64,000 nucleotides of DNA from an uncultured Desulfurococcales archaeon (GTDB lineage Archaea; Thermoproteota; Thermoprotei_A; EX4484-217-1): positions 1,126 to 65,125 of the forward strand of contig CAZBXI010000001.1 of assembly GCA_964496035.1 (NCBI GenBank), read 5' to 3'. Below, piece after piece: positions 19,864-30,094 of the stretch. The position numbers were made by a program, and so were the translations under genes. The notes under the pieces were generated by a model, which was given only the letters and a program-made list of their open reading frames with translations, had not been told where the DNA came from and did no database searches. Within the stretch, counting starts at the first letter, position 1, and every line of letters begins with the position of its first letter.

Positions 19864-21330
19864 ATGGAGGAACTCAAGGTAAAAATAGGCTTGGAAGTTC
19901 ATGTACAACTAACTAAACTTAAAACCAAATTGTTCTGTTCATGTCCTTCAGATTATAGAGGAAAACCTCCGAATACCTATGTTTGCCCCGTATGCTTAGG
20001 TTTGCCAGGTTCTCTACCTAAGGTGAATATCAAAGCAATAGAGTATGCTATAATGGTTGCTTTAGCGTTAAACTGCAAGATAAACAAGAGAATATTGTTC
20101 TTCAGAAAACACTACTTCTACCCTGACATGACGAAGAACTTCCAAATTACACAGTACGATAGAGCAGGAGGAGCACCTATAGCCGTTAACGGATATTTAA
20201 AGCTTAATGTTAATGGTAAGGAAAAGATAATTAGAATAAGAAGGATTAACATTGAGGAAGACCCAGGAAAGCTTGTTTACCCTACAGGTTCCATAATTAC
20301 CAGCCCATATACTCTCGTTGACTACAATAGGGCTGGAATAGCCCTACTCGAAATAGTCACCGAACCCGACATAGAAACACCTGCCGAAGCTAGACTATTT
20401 CTACAAAAACTAAGGTCGATACTTGAACACTTAGGTGTTTGTGATTGCAGTTTAGAAGGAGCTGTTAGAACTGATGCAAACATCTCAATAGCTGGGGGAG
20501 GAAGAGTTGAGATTAAGAATATTGGATCTGTAAAGGATGTCGAAAAAGCACTTGCTTATGAAGTATTAAGGCAAAAGGAAGCGTTCCTCAAGGGAGTAAG
20601 TGTTAGAAGTGAAACCAGACACTGGGATGATGTAAGAAAAGTAACTGTACCATTAAGGGTAAAGGAGGAAGAACAAGATTACAGATACTTCCCCGAAGCT
20701 GACATTCCTCCCATAACAATAACGGATGACTATATTGAAAAAATAGCTAAGTGTATGCCTGAACTCCCTGATGAAAGAATAAAGAGATTTCAGAAGGAAT
20801 ATGGCCTCCCGCAGTATGACGCATCAGTCTTAGTTTCCAATAAGAAGTTAGCTGACTTTTTTGAAGAAGCAGTTAAGCTCTATGGTGGGAATCCCAAAAA
20901 GGTAGCCAATGTAATTATCAACGATTTTCTTAGATGGCTACATGAAAAGAATATGAGAATAAGTGATGTCAAAACAGGACCTGGAGATATTGCAGAACTG
21001 CTTAAATTAATGGACAAAGGAATCATAAGCATTAAGATAGCTAAGGAAATTTTGCCTGAAATGATAGTTACAGGTAAGAAACCTAAGGAAATAGTAAGAG
21101 AGAAAGGTCTACTTAGAATATCTGATGAACAAGTGCTGAAACCTATAATATTAAGAGTATTTAGCAAGCATAAGAAGGCGGTTCATGATGCTTTGAAAGA
21201 GGAAAAAGCAATAAATTACCTCATAGGGCAAGTTATGAAACTCACCAGAGGCAGGGCTGACCCGGTAATTACGAGAAACATCATAGTACAATTACTAGAG
21301 AAAATAAGGAAAGGAGAAAACATTATTTAG
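19864..21330 (+). CDS. gatB: aspartyl/glutamyl-tRNA amidotransferase subunit B
   Basis: GatB/GatE N-terminal catalytic motifs (GLEVHVQL, NIEEDPGKL) and a C-terminal YqeY-like tail. Confidence 0.9.
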   Translation: MEELKVKIGLEVHVQLTKLKTKLFCSCPSDYRGKPPNTYVCPVCLGLPGSLPKVNIKAIEYAIMVALALNCKINKRILFFRKHYFYPDMTKNFQITQYDRAGGAPIAVNGYLKLNVNGKEKIIRIRRINIEEDPGKLVYPTGSIITSPYTLVDYNRAGIALLEIVTEPDIETPAEARLFLQKLRSILEHLGVCDCSLEGAVRTDANISIAGGGRVEIKNIGSVKDVEKALAYEVLRQKEAFLKGVSVRSETRHWDDVRKVTVPLRVKEEEQDYRYFPEADIPPITITDDYIEKIAKCMPELPDERIKRFQKEYGLPQYDASVLVSNKKLADFFEEAVKLYGGNPKKVANVIINDFLRWLHEKNMRISDVKTGPGDIAELLKLMDKGIISIKIAKEILPEMIVTGKKPKEIVREKGLLRISDEQVLKPIILRVFSKHKKAVHDALKEEKAINYLIGQVMKLTRGRADPVITRNIIVQLLEKIRKGENII

Positions 21331-21370
21331 CTGAACGTCATTGCGTGGGTTTCTCATCACAACGTTCAGC
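21330..21370 (+). terminator. 9-bp stem / 23-nt loop hairpin overlapping the gatB stop codon
   Basis: gctgaacgt (21330-21338) pairs perfectly with acgttcagc (21362-21370). Confidence 0.35.
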
Positions 21371-21446
21371 ACTTAATCCCTAAATCATCCACTATAAATA
21401 TTAACACGTCCAGGGTAATATAAATAAACATGGTGTTATAGGAAAT

Positions 21447-21671
21447 ATGGTAAGCTATAAGATAATAAGATGCCCGTTTTGCAGGGGAATATTAGCCGTA
21501 AAGGTGGGTCAAAAGACTAAAACTTGTACATACTGTGGTAAAAAAATTAAGGTTTCTTCATTAAAAGCATTAGCTCTAGCTAAAGACTCAAAAGAAGCAG
21601 GATTAATTGTTAGGTTCCTAAAAGCTAAAGAAGCAGGTCTTGCCCACGAACTTTATCGTAGTGGAGATTAA
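21447..21671 (+). CDS. small zinc-ribbon protein
   Basis: CPFC...CTYC four-Cys ribbon; 74 aa. Confidence 0.4.
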   Translation: MVSYKIIRCPFCRGILAVKVGQKTKTCTYCGKKIKVSSLKALALAKDSKEAGLIVRFLKAKEAGLAHELYRSGD

Positions 21672-21777
21672 AGGATCAAGCACAACGTATTTAATTTTCC
21701 CTATATAGGAGCATCTAAAAAAATTTTTAAACCGGCAATTAAAAATTATAGCAAAACTATAGCGGGGCCAAGTTTAT

Positions 21778-22506
21778 ATGAGTGTTTCAGCAGACAAATA
21801 CGAAACATTAAGATTTCGCCTTATGGTTATTGAGAGATTAAAACTTTTGAAGCGAATGTTCTCATATAAAGAACTTTCATCAATAACTGGTGTACCGGAG
21901 ACTGTTCTTTGCAGATATATTAAAGGATCCATTATACCAAGCTATGATCAAGCAGAAAGAATATGGAATGCTTTGAACAAAATGGTTGATATTAGAAAAC
22001 TAATTCTAGAAAAACTTGAAGTTATTGGAGAAGGTTTTGTTGATCTCTCACAAATACTATCTGATCCATACATGCTACAATACATAGCGCAACATGTCTA
22101 CATGCTCTTTGCTGGTAAGAGGGTAACTAAAGTATTAGCTCCAGCAGTTAATGGTATACCTTTAGCTACGGCTATTGCCCTAACGTTTCAAGTACCTTTA
22201 GTTATAGCTCGTAGAACTAGAAATATCAACGTAATAGACTATGTTGAAGGCTCATATATAGGTCCTTCTGCAGATATCGTAACATTTTATGTGCCTAAGA
22301 GAATGATAAAGAGAAAAGACGAAGTCCTAATAGTGGACGACATAGTTAGAACAGGTAGAACTCTTAGAACTATGGCTAAAATAGTAGAAAAAGTAAAAGC
22401 GATAATTAGTGGTGCTGTCGTATTGGTAGGTATAGGTGATTCGTGGAAGAAAGAGGTTAACATACCTGTTGAAGTTATTGTACAGCTACCTAAAACCTTA
22501 AAGTAG
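21778..22506 (+). CDS. HTH plus phosphoribosyltransferase-domain regulator (GfcR/PurR-like, type I PRTase fold)
   Basis: N-terminal HTH (LSSITGVPETVLCRYIKG). C-terminal PRPP-binding motif EVLIVDDIVRTGRT. Confidence 0.55.
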   Translation: MSVSADKYETLRFRLMVIERLKLLKRMFSYKELSSITGVPETVLCRYIKGSIIPSYDQAERIWNALNKMVDIRKLILEKLEVIGEGFVDLSQILSDPYMLQYIAQHVYMLFAGKRVTKVLAPAVNGIPLATAIALTFQVPLVIARRTRNINVIDYVEGSYIGPSADIVTFYVPKRMIKRKDEVLIVDDIVRTGRTLRTMAKIVEKVKAIISGAVVLVGIGDSWKKEVNIPVEVIVQLPKTLK

Positions 22507-22554
22507 CCTCAATACTGCATTGGTGCTCCTAGGATATAGCGTTGAGGCATAGTA

Positions 22555-24294
22555 ATGTATGAAATTTCTGAAGAGCGCATTTCGAAATATTATTCCAAAT
22601 ATCTTTTCAAATCACCAAAAACTAGGATATTAGTTACGGTCTACATCCTCGGCCTTACACTGTATTCCACTATTCTTTACTTGCGAGGAACTTTTACTCC
22701 ATTACCGCTTATTGCCATTATTACGAATAACGGCTTACTGTATTTTGTTCTTAGGAAAACAGTTATTGCTAAAATGAATTATACACGAAGATTCTTAGTG
22801 TTACTAACTTATGCTCTGTACTTATCCTTAATAATGGATGCACTAGCATCATTTATTATCAATATTAATGTTCCATATCTAATAACATACATATCTTCTA
22901 CGTTCATCATATTTATACTGCTTATTCCTGAAAACAAGGTCTTAACCATGCTAAACGCTTCTTTAGCTATGGTGATGTACTACCTTCTACTACTTCCTTT
23001 AATAAATGATGGAAGACGCTATAGTTCATTTGTCTTTATTTTTTCCTCTCTCGTAGCTTGTCTATTTTTAGCAGGACTATACTATAGTATTTCGGGAAAA
23101 GTTCTTGGTGTTAATAGCAGACTTTTAGCTAAAAGCTTTCTAGACTTATGGTTCGCACATGATCCTAGAATACTTGAGAATATTTTACAAAAACACGGAG
23201 TAACTAAAAATTTGTGGGTAAAGCTCTATGCTATAGTTAAAGACAATAAACTAAAAGGAATACTTCTATCTACATTAATACACTCGGGTCCTTTAAGAAA
23301 CGTTGGCAGCTCTAAATACATATCAATGTTCAGAGAAATATTAGAGAAAAAACTTGAGGCACCAGTGGTTATATTTCATACCGCCACGACTCATATAAAC
23401 GACTTAGTATCCTCCTTAGATGTTGCCAAAATAGGAGGTAAAATAGTTGACAGGCTAAGTAAGCAAAACTACACAAAAATAAGCTTTATCGGCTCTTTCG
23501 CTGTAAGCTCTTTAGACGATTATAGTGTTTTATATATACCTCTTGAGAAATCTCCTATGTTCATATTATCTAATGATAAGGGCATAGATGACTTGCCTGA
23601 AATACTAAATGAAGAAGTAGAGAACTACGCTCGTAAGCTGGGGTTGAAAGACGCTCTCATTGTTGAAGCACATAACAATATGCCTTCGAAACGTAGAATA
23701 GTGAAGGATGAAGTTAAAGTATATGGTAAGTTGATACGTGGAATTCTTCGTAATTACCGATACCATTTAATGTATCCTTTAGAGTTAGGATTAGGCGAGG
23801 CTAGGGATAGTAGGCTTTTGAAATGCCCTGATGTGTGCTCAGATAGGATCTATGCAATCGCCATTAAAGCTGGAAAAGAAATACTCATGTTAGCCGTAGT
23901 AGATGGCAATAATGCTTTAAATGCTTTCAGGAAGAAGGTTATTTCAGCTTTAAAAACTTCATTGAAAGTAAGTCATGCTGAACTGTTAACGACGGATAAT
24001 CATGAAAAAACAGGTTTAATTACAGGAAAGCATGCATACGTACCCGTTGGTGCGAGCTTATGTAATGATATCATATTGTCTAATATTGTGAAAGCTGGGA
24101 GAAGAGCGTTGGCGGATTTGGGAAAATGCGAGCTCCGCTACTACCGTATAAACTTTACGTCTAAAACTCTAGGTGATTCTGGTCTTGCTTTCTTTGAAAA
24201 GATACTTTCAAAAATTCCGAGTATAGTACATTTGCTTTTCTTATTTAATGTTATAGCGTATGTTATTCCAATAATATTCCTAATATTCTTATAG
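22555..24294 (+). CDS. large membrane protein (N-terminal 6-7 TM plus C-terminal soluble domain), possibly DUF2070-like
   Basis: Hydrophobic N-terminal third. The family guess is based on architecture only. Confidence 0.4.
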   Translation: MYEISEERISKYYSKYLFKSPKTRILVTVYILGLTLYSTILYLRGTFTPLPLIAIITNNGLLYFVLRKTVIAKMNYTRRFLVLLTYALYLSLIMDALASFIININVPYLITYISSTFIIFILLIPENKVLTMLNASLAMVMYYLLLLPLINDGRRYSSFVFIFSSLVACLFLAGLYYSISGKVLGVNSRLLAKSFLDLWFAHDPRILENILQKHGVTKNLWVKLYAIVKDNKLKGILLSTLIHSGPLRNVGSSKYISMFREILEKKLEAPVVIFHTATTHINDLVSSLDVAKIGGKIVDRLSKQNYTKISFIGSFAVSSLDDYSVLYIPLEKSPMFILSNDKGIDDLPEILNEEVENYARKLGLKDALIVEAHNNMPSKRRIVKDEVKVYGKLIRGILRNYRYHLMYPLELGLGEARDSRLLKCPDVCSDRIYAIAIKAGKEILMLAVVDGNNALNAFRKKVISALKTSLKVSHAELLTTDNHEKTGLITGKHAYVPVGASLCNDIILSNIVKAGRRALADLGKCELRYYRINFTSKTLGDSGLAFFEKILSKIPSIVHLLFLFNVIAYVIPIIFLIFL

Positions 24295-24330
24295 TACTTA
24301 CTTTATAACAGAAGAAGGTGACCAATTTAA

Positions 24331-25161
24331 ATGGAAGTTCGGGGTTTCCAAAAAGTAATTGATGCTCAACGTAAACTTATAGCTGAACGTTTTGAGAAAA
24401 TAAAACATAAAATTGTTATCATGAGCGGTAAGGGAGGTGTAGGTAAAAGCTTTTTTGCTGCAAACATCTCTGTAGCGTTAGCTGATCTCGGTAGGAAAGT
24501 GTGTGTTTTTGATGCTGATTTTCATGGACCCGATATACCTAAGATTTTAGGTGTTAGGGGGAAATCCATTTACGCAGGGCCCAGGGGTATAGAGCCTGTT
24601 ATGACGGGTTATGGTGTTAAAGTTATTTCGTTAGATCTCATGATAGCTGATAGTGAGGCGCCAATTATCTGGCGTGGTCCATTAAAAATAACAGCGATTA
24701 GGCAGCTACTAGCTGAGGTTAACTGGGGAGAACTTGATTATTTCGTAATAGATTTACCTCCCGGAACAGGGGATGAACCATTAAGTATAGCTCAAGAAGT
24801 TCCAAACCTTGATGGCATAATCCTAGTGACCATACCCTCTGAAGTATCATTACTGGACGTTAAGAGAGCAGCAGGTTTTGCAAAGAAGCTTAACATACCA
24901 ATTATAGGTATTGTTGAGAATATGAGTTACTATAAGTGTCCAGTATGTGGTCATGTAGAATACCCGTTCGGTAAAAGTGGTGGTGAATTTTTAGCTAGAA
25001 AACTAGGTGTAGAACTCTTGGGTAGGATACCTTTGGACCCGAGAATTAATGAGGCTAACGATAAGGGCGAACCTTACGTGAAAATGTTCTCGAATAGTGA
25101 AACCACAAGGGAAATATTTAAAATAGCTAGGAAAATAATCAGTAAGCTTGAAGGTAGTTGA
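24331..25161 (+). CDS. Mrp/NBP35-family Fe-S cluster carrier ATPase (ApbC-like)
   Basis: Deviant Walker A IMSGKGGVGKS, the Mrp signature, and the CxxC pair CPVCGH. Confidence 0.85.
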   Translation: MEVRGFQKVIDAQRKLIAERFEKIKHKIVIMSGKGGVGKSFFAANISVALADLGRKVCVFDADFHGPDIPKILGVRGKSIYAGPRGIEPVMTGYGVKVISLDLMIADSEAPIIWRGPLKITAIRQLLAEVNWGELDYFVIDLPPGTGDEPLSIAQEVPNLDGIILVTIPSEVSLLDVKRAAGFAKKLNIPIIGIVENMSYYKCPVCGHVEYPFGKSGGEFLARKLGVELLGRIPLDPRINEANDKGEPYVKMFSNSETTREIFKIARKIISKLEGS

Positions 25162-25215
25162 TGAGAGGACCACGAACGGACATTTAGGATGAAGAACAGG
25201 CTAAATACTGATACC
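25153..25215 (+). ncRNA. candidate C/D-box sRNA overlapping the Mrp stop codon
   Basis: Terminal stem ggta/tacc. C ttgatga 25158-25164, 12-nt guide, degenerate D' cgga, C' atgaaga 25189-25195, 12-nt guide, D ctga 25208-25211. Confidence 0.45.
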
Positions 25216-25267
25216 TTAAGCTTCAAGAACTTGTACTATACTAAGTTAAAAATGGAGGTTTATTATT

Positions 25268-26158
25268 ATGGTTAAAATAGATCCTGCATGCATACCCTGT
25301 ATTATCACAGTAAGAACGCGTGAACTTCACGAACTACCTATAACAGAGCAAAAGAAATTCCATATTTTAAGACATATTTTAAAGTACTTGGCCTCTTACG
25401 CTAGTACTGAAGCTAATATAACAAGGTTAGCTACGCAAACTTTCCGTATTCTTAAAGAACTCTCAGGATATAGAGATCCTTATGCTAATGAGAAAGAAAA
25501 AGCTAACAAAGTAGCGCTTAGCTTTGCCGAGAAGATAAAGAAGGAAATAACTCCATATGAAGTTAAGGAGAAACTATGTTTTCTCATAAAATTAGCTGTT
25601 CTAGGTAATGCCTTAGATTTTGGGGTTGCAGGTTATAAATACGATATTGATAAGATATTAGCTGAAATAGATACTATGAATATACATATAGATGACACTG
25701 GAATACTTATTCAAATGATTATGAAATCTAGAAAGATTGTCTATTTACTTGACAATGCTGGCGAAGCAGTATTTGATAAACTTCTCGTAGATGAACTTGT
25801 AGACTTAGGTAAGAGAGTTGTAGTTGTGGCGAAAAGCGGGAGTTTTCAGAACGATATAACATATGATGAGGCTCTGAGACTGGGCTTTCACAGGAAAGCA
25901 ATACTTGTAGAGACAGGAAGTGATTCGTCAAGTATATTCCCTGAAGAAACATGCAGGAAGGTACTGGATGAAATATTATCTGCCGATGTAGTTATAGCAA
26001 AGGGCATGGCTCATTATGAACATTTGACTACTGAAAGAATAATCAGAAAACCTATTGCTTATCTACTGAAGGCTAAATGCGAAGTCATAGCAAGAGATTT
26101 ATCAGTTCCAGTAGGGTCATATATTGTTAAGGTGGAGAACAAAATAGGGTCTTGTTAA
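25268..26158 (+). CDS. DUF89 / ARMT1-like damage-control phosphatase family protein
   Basis: N-terminal CIPCI, the conserved DNAGE metal-binding motif (LLDNAGEAVFD), and C-terminal KGMAHYE. Confidence 0.6.
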   Translation: MVKIDPACIPCIITVRTRELHELPITEQKKFHILRHILKYLASYASTEANITRLATQTFRILKELSGYRDPYANEKEKANKVALSFAEKIKKEITPYEVKEKLCFLIKLAVLGNALDFGVAGYKYDIDKILAEIDTMNIHIDDTGILIQMIMKSRKIVYLLDNAGEAVFDKLLVDELVDLGKRVVVVAKSGSFQNDITYDEALRLGFHRKAILVETGSDSSSIFPEETCRKVLDEILSADVVIAKGMAHYEHLTTERIIRKPIAYLLKAKCEVIARDLSVPVGSYIVKVENKIGSC

Positions 26159-26835
26159 TGCCTGTGTACGCCATTTCTAGAGGAATTTACGCTATCGGTG
26201 GCCCTGAATTATCCTTCCCTCTTGACGCATTCTCGTACATTATAAAACTAAACCGTAAGTACCTAGTAGTGGATACAGGTACAGGGCTAGGTTTTTCAAA
26301 TATCCTATCTAATATCTTGGAGCTTAAAGTAGATATAAAAGATATCAGCTACGTTATTATAACTCACTGCCATGTAGATCATGCTGGGGGAGCGTATTTA
26401 TTCTATAAGGTAGGACTGCCTATTGTTATGCATGAAAAAGATGCTCTAGCTGTTAGAACAGGCGACCCCAAGAGAACAGCTTCTGACATACTAAATTTAA
26501 CATTTAATCCTTCACCTGTTACATTATGCTTAAGAAGCGATACTGAAATAAGTGTTGATGGAAAAGACATTACGATACTCCATACGCCTGGCCATACTCC
26601 AGGGTCTATATCAGTCCATTTGGAAGTTTATGGTAAAAAAGTGGTAATAATAGGAGATATTTTGAGTGGTTTAAAGAAGGAGTGGCTTTCTAATAGTATT
26701 GACTGGAAGAAAAGTATAAGTAAGGTATTGGAATTGGATTTTGACATTATTCTTGCAGGCCATTTTTATAGGAGAGGTAGGAGTAAGGACGTGTTTTATG
26801 ATGCTTTAAGGCAAGGTCCTTTATGGATGGATTAG
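26152..26835 (+). CDS. MBL-fold metallo-hydrolase
   Basis: HCHVDHAGG (HxHxDH), plus downstream His and Asp ligands (HTPGHTPGS). Confidence 0.8.
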   Translation: MLMPVYAISRGIYAIGGPELSFPLDAFSYIIKLNRKYLVVDTGTGLGFSNILSNILELKVDIKDISYVIITHCHVDHAGGAYLFYKVGLPIVMHEKDALAVRTGDPKRTASDILNLTFNPSPVTLCLRSDTEISVDGKDITILHTPGHTPGSISVHLEVYGKKVVIIGDILSGLKKEWLSNSIDWKKSISKVLELDFDIILAGHFYRRGRSKDVFYDALRQGPLWMD

Positions 26836-27470
26836 TATGGTTTAATAGCAAAATAGGGTATATATCTTCTTATAAAAATGTAGGCATTTACGTAGGGGCG
26901 GTCTTTCCTAGCATCAGATGATAAATCAACATATCCTAGTCTCCAAAGGTAGGATAAAGCTAGAAGGTACATGCTACGATATTTTTCCATAAGATTCGCA
27001 TATTGAACTTCATCATTAAAGAATTTCCTTACGAAAATTTCATCCTTAAAGTAAGGTTCTAAGACCTCTTTATGTTTCTTAATAAATTCACATGCGAGAG
27101 ATACTGTGTAACTGCTTCTGTGGAAGGCTATTTTGGATAGAGGATCAAAATAATAATTAATAGACTTAATTGTGTAAGGAAAACTTCTACAAATCAGAGG
27201 TTTATACTTGTCATGAATTAGGCAAAGATTTTTCCTGCTCAGAAACGGGCATTTACCGTTCTTGCCTAATTGCATATGATACGTTAAAACTATATTCACG
27301 CTACTTACGCGATCATATATTGAATATCCTTCAATAAATCTTAACTTTACATTATGGAGTTTAGCTAGGTCATTTAAGATAAGAACTTCATGGGGTAATA
27401 ATGAAATAGGGCTTGCCATGCAGCAAATGCCGCATCGAAGACAGGAGAATTTTATATGGTCCTCGCTCAC
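26832..27470 (-). CDS. YkgJ-family CxxCxxCC putative Zn/Fe-chelating protein (UPF0153)
   Basis: CLRCGICCMA motif plus additional Cys (CPF...CLIHD...C). Confidence 0.55.
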   Translation of the reverse strand: MSEDHIKFSCLRCGICCMASPISLLPHEVLILNDLAKLHNVKLRFIEGYSIYDRVSSVNIVLTYHMQLGKNGKCPFLSRKNLCLIHDKYKPLICRSFPYTIKSINYYFDPLSKIAFHRSSYTVSLACEFIKKHKEVLEPYFKDEIFVRKFFNDEVQYANLMEKYRSMYLLALSYLWRLGYVDLSSDARKDRPYVNAYIFIRRYIPYFAIKPY

Positions 27471-27617
27471 CCTACCTTGTCCCCTACAATTTCCTAACCA
27501 TTGTTAATTTACTTTTACAATAGCTTATAAATACAGTGTATTTTTAAATATTTTACCTTAACCTTAAAATAATCACCTTACCCTAGTCAGTAATAGGCTA
27601 AGACAGGTGATTCCTTA

Positions 27618-28379
27618 ATGGTGGTTTTTAAAGTAGGATGTTGCGGGTTTCCGGTTTCGAGGTCAAGGTATTTTAAAACACATAGTCTCGTTGAAATTCA
27701 GCAAACGTTTTACAAGTTACCTTCCAAGAAAACTCTAGTACGTTGGAGAAACGAAGCACCCGAGAACTTCGAATTTACTATTAAGGCATGGCAGGTTATA
27801 ACGCATTCTCCAAGTAGCCCTACATGGAAGAAAAGTGGCATTAAGGTTCCTGATGAATTAAAAGATAAATATGGATATTTAAGACCGACAAAGGAAAATT
27901 TTGAAGCATGGAACATGGTAGAAGAAGCTGCTGAAATATTAGGCGCGAAAATAATTGTTGTTCAGACACCTCCATCGTTTAATTATACCGATGAGAATTT
28001 TAACAATGCCATAGAGTTCTTCAGTAGAGTAGCTAAGAAAACGGAATTTATCATTGCATGGGAGCCACGAGGTACATGGCTTAACAACCTAGAAAAGATT
28101 AGAGAGATTATTGAAAAAACAGGTATAATTCATTGTATTGACCCTTTCATTAAAGACCCGGCTGTAATAGGACACACGGTTTACTTACGACTTCACGGAA
28201 GAGGTAAGAGGTGGCCCAATTACAAATATAAGTATACGGATGAGGATCTAGTAGAATTAAAAAAGAAAATATTTAGATATGGATCTGTGGGTGCTAAGGA
28301 GGTTTATATTCTATTTAACAACGTATACATGTATAATGATTCACTTAAGTTTAAGAAACTCCTTAGTATTGAGGATTAA
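27618..28379 (+). CDS. DUF72 (UPF0759) family protein
   Basis: N-terminal VGCCGFP...FYKLP...FEFTIKAWQVITH follows the DUF72 signature pattern. Confidence 0.55.
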   Translation: MVVFKVGCCGFPVSRSRYFKTHSLVEIQQTFYKLPSKKTLVRWRNEAPENFEFTIKAWQVITHSPSSPTWKKSGIKVPDELKDKYGYLRPTKENFEAWNMVEEAAEILGAKIIVVQTPPSFNYTDENFNNAIEFFSRVAKKTEFIIAWEPRGTWLNNLEKIREIIEKTGIIHCIDPFIKDPAVIGHTVYLRLHGRGKRWPNYKYKYTDEDLVELKKKIFRYGSVGAKEVYILFNNVYMYNDSLKFKKLLSIED

Positions 28380-28382
28380 CAT

Positions 28383-28622
28383 ATGAAAGTAGATAATGTG
28401 GTTCCCGTTCTCGTAATAATGTTCATCGCATGGGTAGGATTGCTTATTACTCTATACGTAATTAACTTAATTGTTTCAATAATTCCTCAAGGAGTAAGCA
28501 ATACGGAGAAGCTCCTGTATTCTATAGTTAAAATAGGGTTATCGGCGTTCGTTGCCTTTGTATGGTTGAGCTTATGGTTTCTAATGACATTAAAATACAG
28601 GAATATGTATTTAAGGAAGTGA
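28383..28622 (+). CDS. small 2-TM membrane protein
   Basis: Two hydrophobic helices; immediately upstream of the glycosyltransferase. Confidence 0.3.
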   Translation: MKVDNVVPVLVIMFIAWVGLLITLYVINLIVSIIPQGVSNTEKLLYSIVKIGLSAFVAFVWLSLWFLMTLKYRNMYLRK

Positions 28623-28627
28623 ATCCA

Positions 28628-30034
28628 ATGAGCAATATACTGTTACTCTTAATGTTGCTTTCCTATACTATCTTCATGATACCCTTTATATTACAATTGA
28701 TCTATTTTATTACTTCTACCAAGAAAAATCCTAAACTACATGGCGGTAAGTTTATACATTCTACATCTCCTCATGTATCCATATTAGTCCCGGTAAGGAA
28801 TGAAGACCCACAATTAATAGTTAAACTACTTAGAACTATAAGCAGATTACACTACGACAAAAGTAAATTAGAGGTTATCATAATAAGCGATGATAGAAAA
28901 GAGGACTTCTTAAAACTCAATAATGCCATACAGCAAGTACTTGGAAGCTTAGGCTATGAAGTTAAGCTTCTGTGGAGATCTAAACCTATAGGGTACAAAG
29001 CTGGAGCGTTAAATTATGGTCTAAAATATGCGAAAGGGGAAATCATTGCGGTATTTGATGTCGATAGTGAACCTGAGCCTAACATACTAAGCGTGGTCTT
29101 GAATTACATGAGAAGCGGATATCATGCGGTTATGGTTAAATGGGTTCCTTCAAATACTCATGAAAGCTTACTAAGTGAAGCTGTTGGCCTATATCAGGAA
29201 TTCGCTTTTAAAACACTTTTTGCAGGCAGGTTTAATGTTCTAGGATACACTAGTCTAGCAGGATCAGGTTTCTTTATCAGCAGAAAAGTTTTAGAGAATG
29301 TAGGCGGTTTCTGCGAAGAAACTATTCTAGAAGACGTAGATTTGGGACTTAGACTATTCCTTAAAGGATATAAAATATGCTATACTGAAGACACTTACGT
29401 TCGTCTAGAAGTTCCCTCCAGTTACGCATCGTATAAGGAGCAACAGAAACGTTGGGCCTATGGTGCTCTACAAATACTTAAAAAATACTTTAGAGCCATA
29501 TTGAAATGTCGAAGAACTCTTATTGAGAAACTAGAGTACATTACATATTTGGCTCAATACCTTTCCTCGTTGTTTCTAATGCTTTTCTCTCTTATGCTTG
29601 TGCTTTATCTTTGCTATGCAGATATGGAGCTCGTAGTACTATATTTATTTGCTGCTTGGCTTACTGTCTTCGTAATGTACTCTCTATTCTTCATGTCCTT
29701 CGGGATAAGTAAGGGATTATCAGCCTTTAGAGCATTAAGAATTATAGGTAGAATTTCCGGAATTACTTATCCTATGATACCTCACTTAATATCAGCAATG
29801 CTCAAAGCTGCATCAGGTAAAAGATTTTTCTGGTTTGTCACACCCAAGGGACGGAAAAAGCAAAGCACGAGAAGAAAGATGTCTCTACTTTATGAAACCC
29901 TATTTTACCTTGCATTAACAACGTTAGCACTTTATGTCATTATTAAAGGTTACCTGATAGCTTCTCTATGGTTGCTTTTACAGTTAAGTTCTGCACCATA
30001 CTTTTATCATATGTTTCTAAGAGGAAAAGTATAA
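28628..30034 (+). CDS. membrane-integrated processive family-2 glycosyltransferase (cellulose/chitin-synthase-like, QxxRW)
   Basis: DxD-type motifs (IISDD, VFDVDSEP), EDVDLGLRL, and the processivity motif QQKRWAYG. N- and C-terminal TM helices. ATG at 28628 is preferred over the overlapping upstream start. Confidence 0.8.
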   Translation: MSNILLLLMLLSYTIFMIPFILQLIYFITSTKKNPKLHGGKFIHSTSPHVSILVPVRNEDPQLIVKLLRTISRLHYDKSKLEVIIISDDRKEDFLKLNNAIQQVLGSLGYEVKLLWRSKPIGYKAGALNYGLKYAKGEIIAVFDVDSEPEPNILSVVLNYMRSGYHAVMVKWVPSNTHESLLSEAVGLYQEFAFKTLFAGRFNVLGYTSLAGSGFFISRKVLENVGGFCEETILEDVDLGLRLFLKGYKICYTEDTYVRLEVPSSYASYKEQQKRWAYGALQILKKYFRAILKCRRTLIEKLEYITYLAQYLSSLFLMLFSLMLVLYLCYADMELVVLYLFAAWLTVFVMYSLFFMSFGISKGLSAFRALRIIGRISGITYPMIPHLISAMLKAASGKRFFWFVTPKGRKKQSTRRKMSLLYETLFYLALTTLALYVIIKGYLIASLWLLLQLSSAPYFYHMFLRGKV

Positions 30035-30094
30035 TTAAGAATTCAGCATTTACCAAGATAGCAGAGGTTACGAAATAATATATGGTGCACATGT

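Noticed and set aside
21354-21360. GUGAUGA C-box on the minus strand inside the gatB hairpin
   Set aside because: The box order on that strand is D'-like then C-like with no downstream D box. This does not fit the C/D sRNA architecture. It is interpreted as part of the palindrome.
22506-22548. 7-bp inverted repeat (gcctcaa/ttgaggc) with a 29-nt loop after the HTH-PRTase gene
   Set aside because: The stem is short and the loop long; it is probably a chance occurrence.
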